In this document: in pieces, positions 60,655 to 64,000 of the stretch
How the letters are laid out: every line of letters begins with the position of its first letter
How positions within the stretch are numbered: the first letter of the stretch is position 1
NCBI GenBank assembly: GCA_046049845.1
Contig: JBJOQP010000001.1
Coordinates: 27,824-91,823, forward strand
Direction: 5' to 3'
DNA length: 64,000 bases
DNA from: Actinomycetota bacterium
GTDB lineage: Bacteria > Actinomycetota > Actinomycetes > Actinomycetales > Microbacteriaceae
Translations under genes and position numbers: made by a program
The notes under the pieces: model-generated
Told to the model about the DNA's origin: nothing
What the model saw: only the letters and a program-made list of their open reading frames with translations
Database searches by the model: none

Positions 60655-61524
60655 ATGACCCCTGCCCGAAGTGACAAGGTTCGCCCAGGCAATCGCAGGG
60701 TGACCGGCAAGGAACAGTTCTATACACCTCCGGAACTAGCACACCGCCTCACAGCCCAAATTAGCCCCCTCGTTGGCGGCCTCGAAGGAAAGCTAGTCAT
60801 TGAACCAGCCGGTGGAACCGGTGCATTTATTAAGGCAGCCAAAGATCTAGGTGCAACCAGAGTCCTAAGCTTCGATATTGAACCCAAGTCAGATGGCGTT
60901 CAGCTAGGTGACTTCTTAGAGGCAGACCTTGCCGACATAAAAGGCGCAATAACAATCTCAAATCCGCCCTTTGGCAGAAACAACTCTTTGAGTATCCCCT
61001 TCTTCAATAAAGCCGCCCAGCACAGCGATTACATTGCTTTCATTGTTCCGAGAAGCTGGCGTAAGTGGTCTGTAATCAACAGGCTAAATAGAAACTTTCA
61101 CCTCATTCACGACCAGGACCTGAGCATTGATTATGTTGATGACCTAGGCGAAATGGTTTGGCAGAAATCAAACTTGAGAACTTGCTTTCAACTATGGGAA
61201 AGAAGAGATTCCCAAAGAGATCTGATCAAGGTCCAGGACCTAGGTCTAATCTCTAAGGTAACTCCTGAAGAGGCAGACATCGCTATTACAGTCTTTGGCT
61301 ACGGTTGCGGACTGATCAGAACAGAGTTTGACAGAGTTCCGAACAGCACCTTGATGTTTCTAAAGCTTCATGATGAGAGAGTCCTAAACACTCTCAAGTC
61401 AGTGGACTTTAGTAGGTTCTTTAGAAACACTGCCTACACAGAAGCGCTATCCCTTCAAGAAATAAGATTTCTCCTGAACGAAGCAATCTTTGGAGATCCA
61501 TCACTAGTAAAGATGAAAGAGTAA
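60655..61524 (+). CDS. Orphan SAM-dependent N6-adenine (probably DNA) methyltransferase
   Basis: QFYTP, IEPAGGTGAF (motif I), FDIEP, DFL, ISNPPFG (motif IV), AFIVP; start at ATG 60655 (TATCCT-N7). Confidence 0.75.
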   Translation: MTPARSDKVRPGNRRVTGKEQFYTPPELAHRLTAQISPLVGGLEGKLVIEPAGGTGAFIKAAKDLGATRVLSFDIEPKSDGVQLGDFLEADLADIKGAITISNPPFGRNNSLSIPFFNKAAQHSDYIAFIVPRSWRKWSVINRLNRNFHLIHDQDLSIDYVDDLGEMVWQKSNLRTCFQLWERRDSQRDLIKVQDLGLISKVTPEEADIAITVFGYGCGLIRTEFDRVPNSTLMFLKLHDERVLNTLKSVDFSRFFRNTAYTEALSLQEIRFLLNEAIFGDPSLVKMKE

Positions 61525-61527
61525 AAC

Positions 61528-63369
61528 ATGAGCATGACAGGTAGCCGCAGGCGAGGACCAGCCGTTAAAGACACAGGACCCAAAGCAAAATTCAGTCAAC
61601 TATTCCCTTACATGAAAGAGCAAAAGGGTCTTTTGACCTTTGCGGTTATCTTTAGCGTCCTTGCTGCCGGTGTGAACCTCGCTCAACCGCTTGTAGTTGG
61701 ACAAATCATCAGTAAAGTCCAGGAAGGGGATGACGTCTTATTCTTAGGCATCGCTCTTCTAGTGATCACATTGCTAAGCGCTTTGCTCAGCGGTGCAATG
61801 TATCTAGTTCTTGCAAAAGCAGGAGAAGGCGTCGTGATGTCAGCTAGAACATCTCTAGCCACTAGATTGTTGCGACTACCAATTGCTGAGTACGACCTAA
61901 GAAGGACTGGAGATTTAGTGTCTCGAGTTGGTTCAGACACCACACTATTGAGAGCTGCCCTCACCCAGGGCCTAGTCAATGGAGCAGGTGGAGCACTTAT
62001 CTTCCTAGGTTCTGTTATCGCCATGGCACTCATCGACTGGCTGCTACTGGTACTCACCCTGGCCATGATCTCGATTGCTATTGCCGCCATTGGGCTAACC
62101 GCCCGAAGAATCAAGGCTGCTACTACCAAAGCACAGGAACGTGTGGGAAACATGTCAGCATCTGTTGAGCGTGCTCTTTCCGCAGTAAGAACAATTAGAG
62201 CTGCAAGAGCAGAGGGAAGAGAGTCTGCCCAGATTCGAAAGGATGCCGAAGATGCTTTTGAGCAAGGAGTGAAGATTGCCAAGATCAACTCATTTGTTCT
62301 ACCAATAAGCGGAATTTCTGCTAACGCAGCACTAATTGCTGTTATTGGTGTGGGTGGTTACCGAGTTGCAACGGGAGAAACTCAGGTAGCTTCTCTGGTT
62401 ACTTTTATTCTTCTCATGTTCCTCTTACTAAGGCCAGTCGGGCAATTCTTTGAAGCTTATTCTTCTGTTCAGTCAGCCCTTGGAGCTCTTGCTCGTATCC
62501 AGGAAATTCTAGATATTCCTCTTGAAGATACAGATGCAGAGAGAGCACAAGTGACAAAGCGCAAGGCAGTGAACTCAACTGCAATCGAATTCAAAAAAAT
62601 CAAGTTCAGCTACCCTGCAAGGCCTGAAGTTGCTCTCGATGAAAACGGAAAGCCAATTGAAGGTGCCGATCCAATCATGAGCGAACCTAAAGAGGTCCTT
62701 AAGGGAGTCTCATTCAAGATTGAACGAGGATCACGTGTTGCTATTGTCGGTCCATCTGGTGCAGGTAAATCAACTGTGTTCAGTTTGATGGAGAGATTCT
62801 ACGAGCCAACAGGTGGAGACATTCTGCTTGATGGTCAGTCAGTTGGCTCAATGCTTCGATCAGATCTAAGAGCTCAAATTGGATACGTTGAGCAAGATGC
62901 TCCTGTTCTCGCTGGAAGCATCAGAGAGAACCTTTTGATTGGTTCTCCAGATGCAACAGAGAGAGAACTCAAGCGTGTTCTAGGCGAAGTCAACTTAACT
63001 GCTGTTCTAAAACGAGACAAGCGTGGTTTGGATGCGGAAGTTGGCGAGCAGGGAATCATGCTTTCCGGAGGAGAGCGTCAACGCCTAGCAATTGCAAGAA
63101 CTCTTCTGAGTGCTCCCCCAATCATGTTGCTAGATGAGTCAACTTCTAGCCTTGATGGACTAAATGAACAGCGCATGAGAGAAGCCATTGACGCAGTTGC
63201 CAAGAACAGAACGATGATCGTTATCGCCCACAGGCTCTCAACAGTTGTGGACAGCGACCAGATCATCGTTATTGACGGCGGTAAGGTCATTGGCACAGGA
63301 ACCCACAAACAGCTGCTCAAGAGCACCCCTCTATACAGAGAACTAGCCGCAACCCAGATGCTGGGCTAG
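61528..63369 (+). CDS. Fused ABC exporter (MsbA/MDR type)
   Basis: TM domain with GDLVSRVGSD; GPSGAGKS, LSGGERQR, LDEST, IAHRLST. Confidence 0.92.
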   Translation: MSMTGSRRRGPAVKDTGPKAKFSQLFPYMKEQKGLLTFAVIFSVLAAGVNLAQPLVVGQIISKVQEGDDVLFLGIALLVITLLSALLSGAMYLVLAKAGEGVVMSARTSLATRLLRLPIAEYDLRRTGDLVSRVGSDTTLLRAALTQGLVNGAGGALIFLGSVIAMALIDWLLLVLTLAMISIAIAAIGLTARRIKAATTKAQERVGNMSASVERALSAVRTIRAARAEGRESAQIRKDAEDAFEQGVKIAKINSFVLPISGISANAALIAVIGVGGYRVATGETQVASLVTFILLMFLLLRPVGQFFEAYSSVQSALGALARIQEILDIPLEDTDAERAQVTKRKAVNSTAIEFKKIKFSYPARPEVALDENGKPIEGADPIMSEPKEVLKGVSFKIERGSRVAIVGPSGAGKSTVFSLMERFYEPTGGDILLDGQSVGSMLRSDLRAQIGYVEQDAPVLAGSIRENLLIGSPDATERELKRVLGEVNLTAVLKRDKRGLDAEVGEQGIMLSGGERQRLAIARTLLSAPPIMLLDESTSSLDGLNEQRMREAIDAVAKNRTMIVIAHRLSTVVDSDQIIVIDGGKVIGTGTHKQLLKSTPLYRELAATQMLG

Positions 63370-63426
63370 TTCTGTGTCCCCGGACGGGAGTAACATGAAC
63401 CTAACAGCCAACAATTGGAGATAAAA

Positions 63427-63984
63427 ATGGCAACAAAGAAAATGACTGAAAGACTCGCTCTACCGATGTTCGTATGTGGCATTATCGCCATGGTTTCATC
63501 TGCAGGGGTGTCTCTTGGTGCAAGCGCTAACGCAACTAGCCCAATCGAATATGAAAAGGTCACCATGACCTACCTGTCCTCAGGTTATTCAGCTAGTGAC
63601 AGCACTTGTGGCTCAACTCAAGACGTTTACTCAGGAAACAGCAAGTATTCTTCATTCAGATCAAAGAACTTGAGAACCTCTGGAAGCGACCAGACATTCC
63701 TTTGCACTGCAACCTTCTATGTTGTGACCAACGTAAACATTCCAACCCCAAAGCCAGTGCCAACTATGACAGTGATCTACAGCCCTGAGCCAACAGCTAA
63801 GCCAAGACCAACAAAGACTGTTTACGTGACTCCAAGTGCTGAACCACGTCCTACAAAGTCTCCAAAGCCAAGCCCTAGTGCTACTAGATCACCAAGACCA
63901 ACACCTTCGTACTTCATTAGTCCAACCCCGAAGCCGAAGCCAAGTTTGTTTATTCCAGCCCCAACAAAGTCCCCAAAGGGTTAG
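63427..63984 (+). CDS. Secreted hypothetical protein with a Pro/Thr/Ser-rich repetitive C-terminus
   Basis: GGAG RBS before ATG 63427; signal peptide ending ASANA; two-Cys domain followed by P[KR]P[TS] repeats. Confidence 0.7.
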   Translation: MATKKMTERLALPMFVCGIIAMVSSAGVSLGASANATSPIEYEKVTMTYLSSGYSASDSTCGSTQDVYSGNSKYSSFRSKNLRTSGSDQTFLCTATFYVVTNVNIPTPKPVPTMTVIYSPEPTAKPRPTKTVYVTPSAEPRPTKSPKPSPSATRSPRPTPSYFISPTPKPKPSLFIPAPTKSPKG

Positions 63985-64000
63985 TTCTAAAAACTTAAAT

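Noticed and set aside
1337-63326. Many antisense or alternate-frame ORFs in the track (e.g. 1337-1840 +, 9116-9583 -, 22094-22486 +, 36890-37282 +, 61683-62288 -)
   Set aside because: They lie inside well-supported genes, mostly in the antisense mirror frame, and carry no recognisable motifs.
63375-63392. TGTCCCC-ggac-GGGAG upstream of the last gene, resembling the 21489 palindrome
   Set aside because: Spacing and right half-site differ; too weak without a genome-wide motif.
1-64000. CRISPR arrays, tRNA/rRNA genes, IS elements, integrases, prophage genes
   Set aside because: No regularly spaced repeats, cloverleafs, or transposase/integrase motifs were seen; nearly all sequence is accounted for by housekeeping genes.

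Overview
This is a 64-kb core-chromosome segment of a densely coded actinobacterium with moderate GC (roughly mid-40s % by eye). Gene order and proteins point to Microbacteriaceae, most likely a streamlined freshwater Rhodoluna/Aquiluna-type genome (inference). In order it holds: ahcY (partial), manB, the whiB/GT2/DUF5719 cluster, manA, envelope genes (O-antigen ligase, a large repeat-rich LysM protein, LCP), purKE, birA/acyl-CoA carboxylase genes, a DUF885 peptidase, a LuxR two-component locus with two sensor-like proteins, a nucleoside uptake and salvage cluster with orphan PTS EIIA/EIIB, manC, sdhCDAB, a Tat-exported Rieske protein, ptsI, xth, trpS, a sugar ABC transporter, an FMN riboswitch with the rib operon, ABC exporters and an orphan N6-adenine methyltransferase. 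No rRNA, tRNA, CRISPR or mobile element was seen. The best candidate for an undescribed system is 21436-24436: response regulator + kinase + kinase-like partner lacking catalytic motifs, ending at a 220-bp region of inverted repeats that looks like an operator, a promoter and a small structured RNA. Also notable: a recurring GTTAY-N6 direct repeat in promoters, many leaderless genes, an EIIC-less PTS, and an atypical Rieske motif. All functional calls come from motif recognition by eye; no database searches were run.
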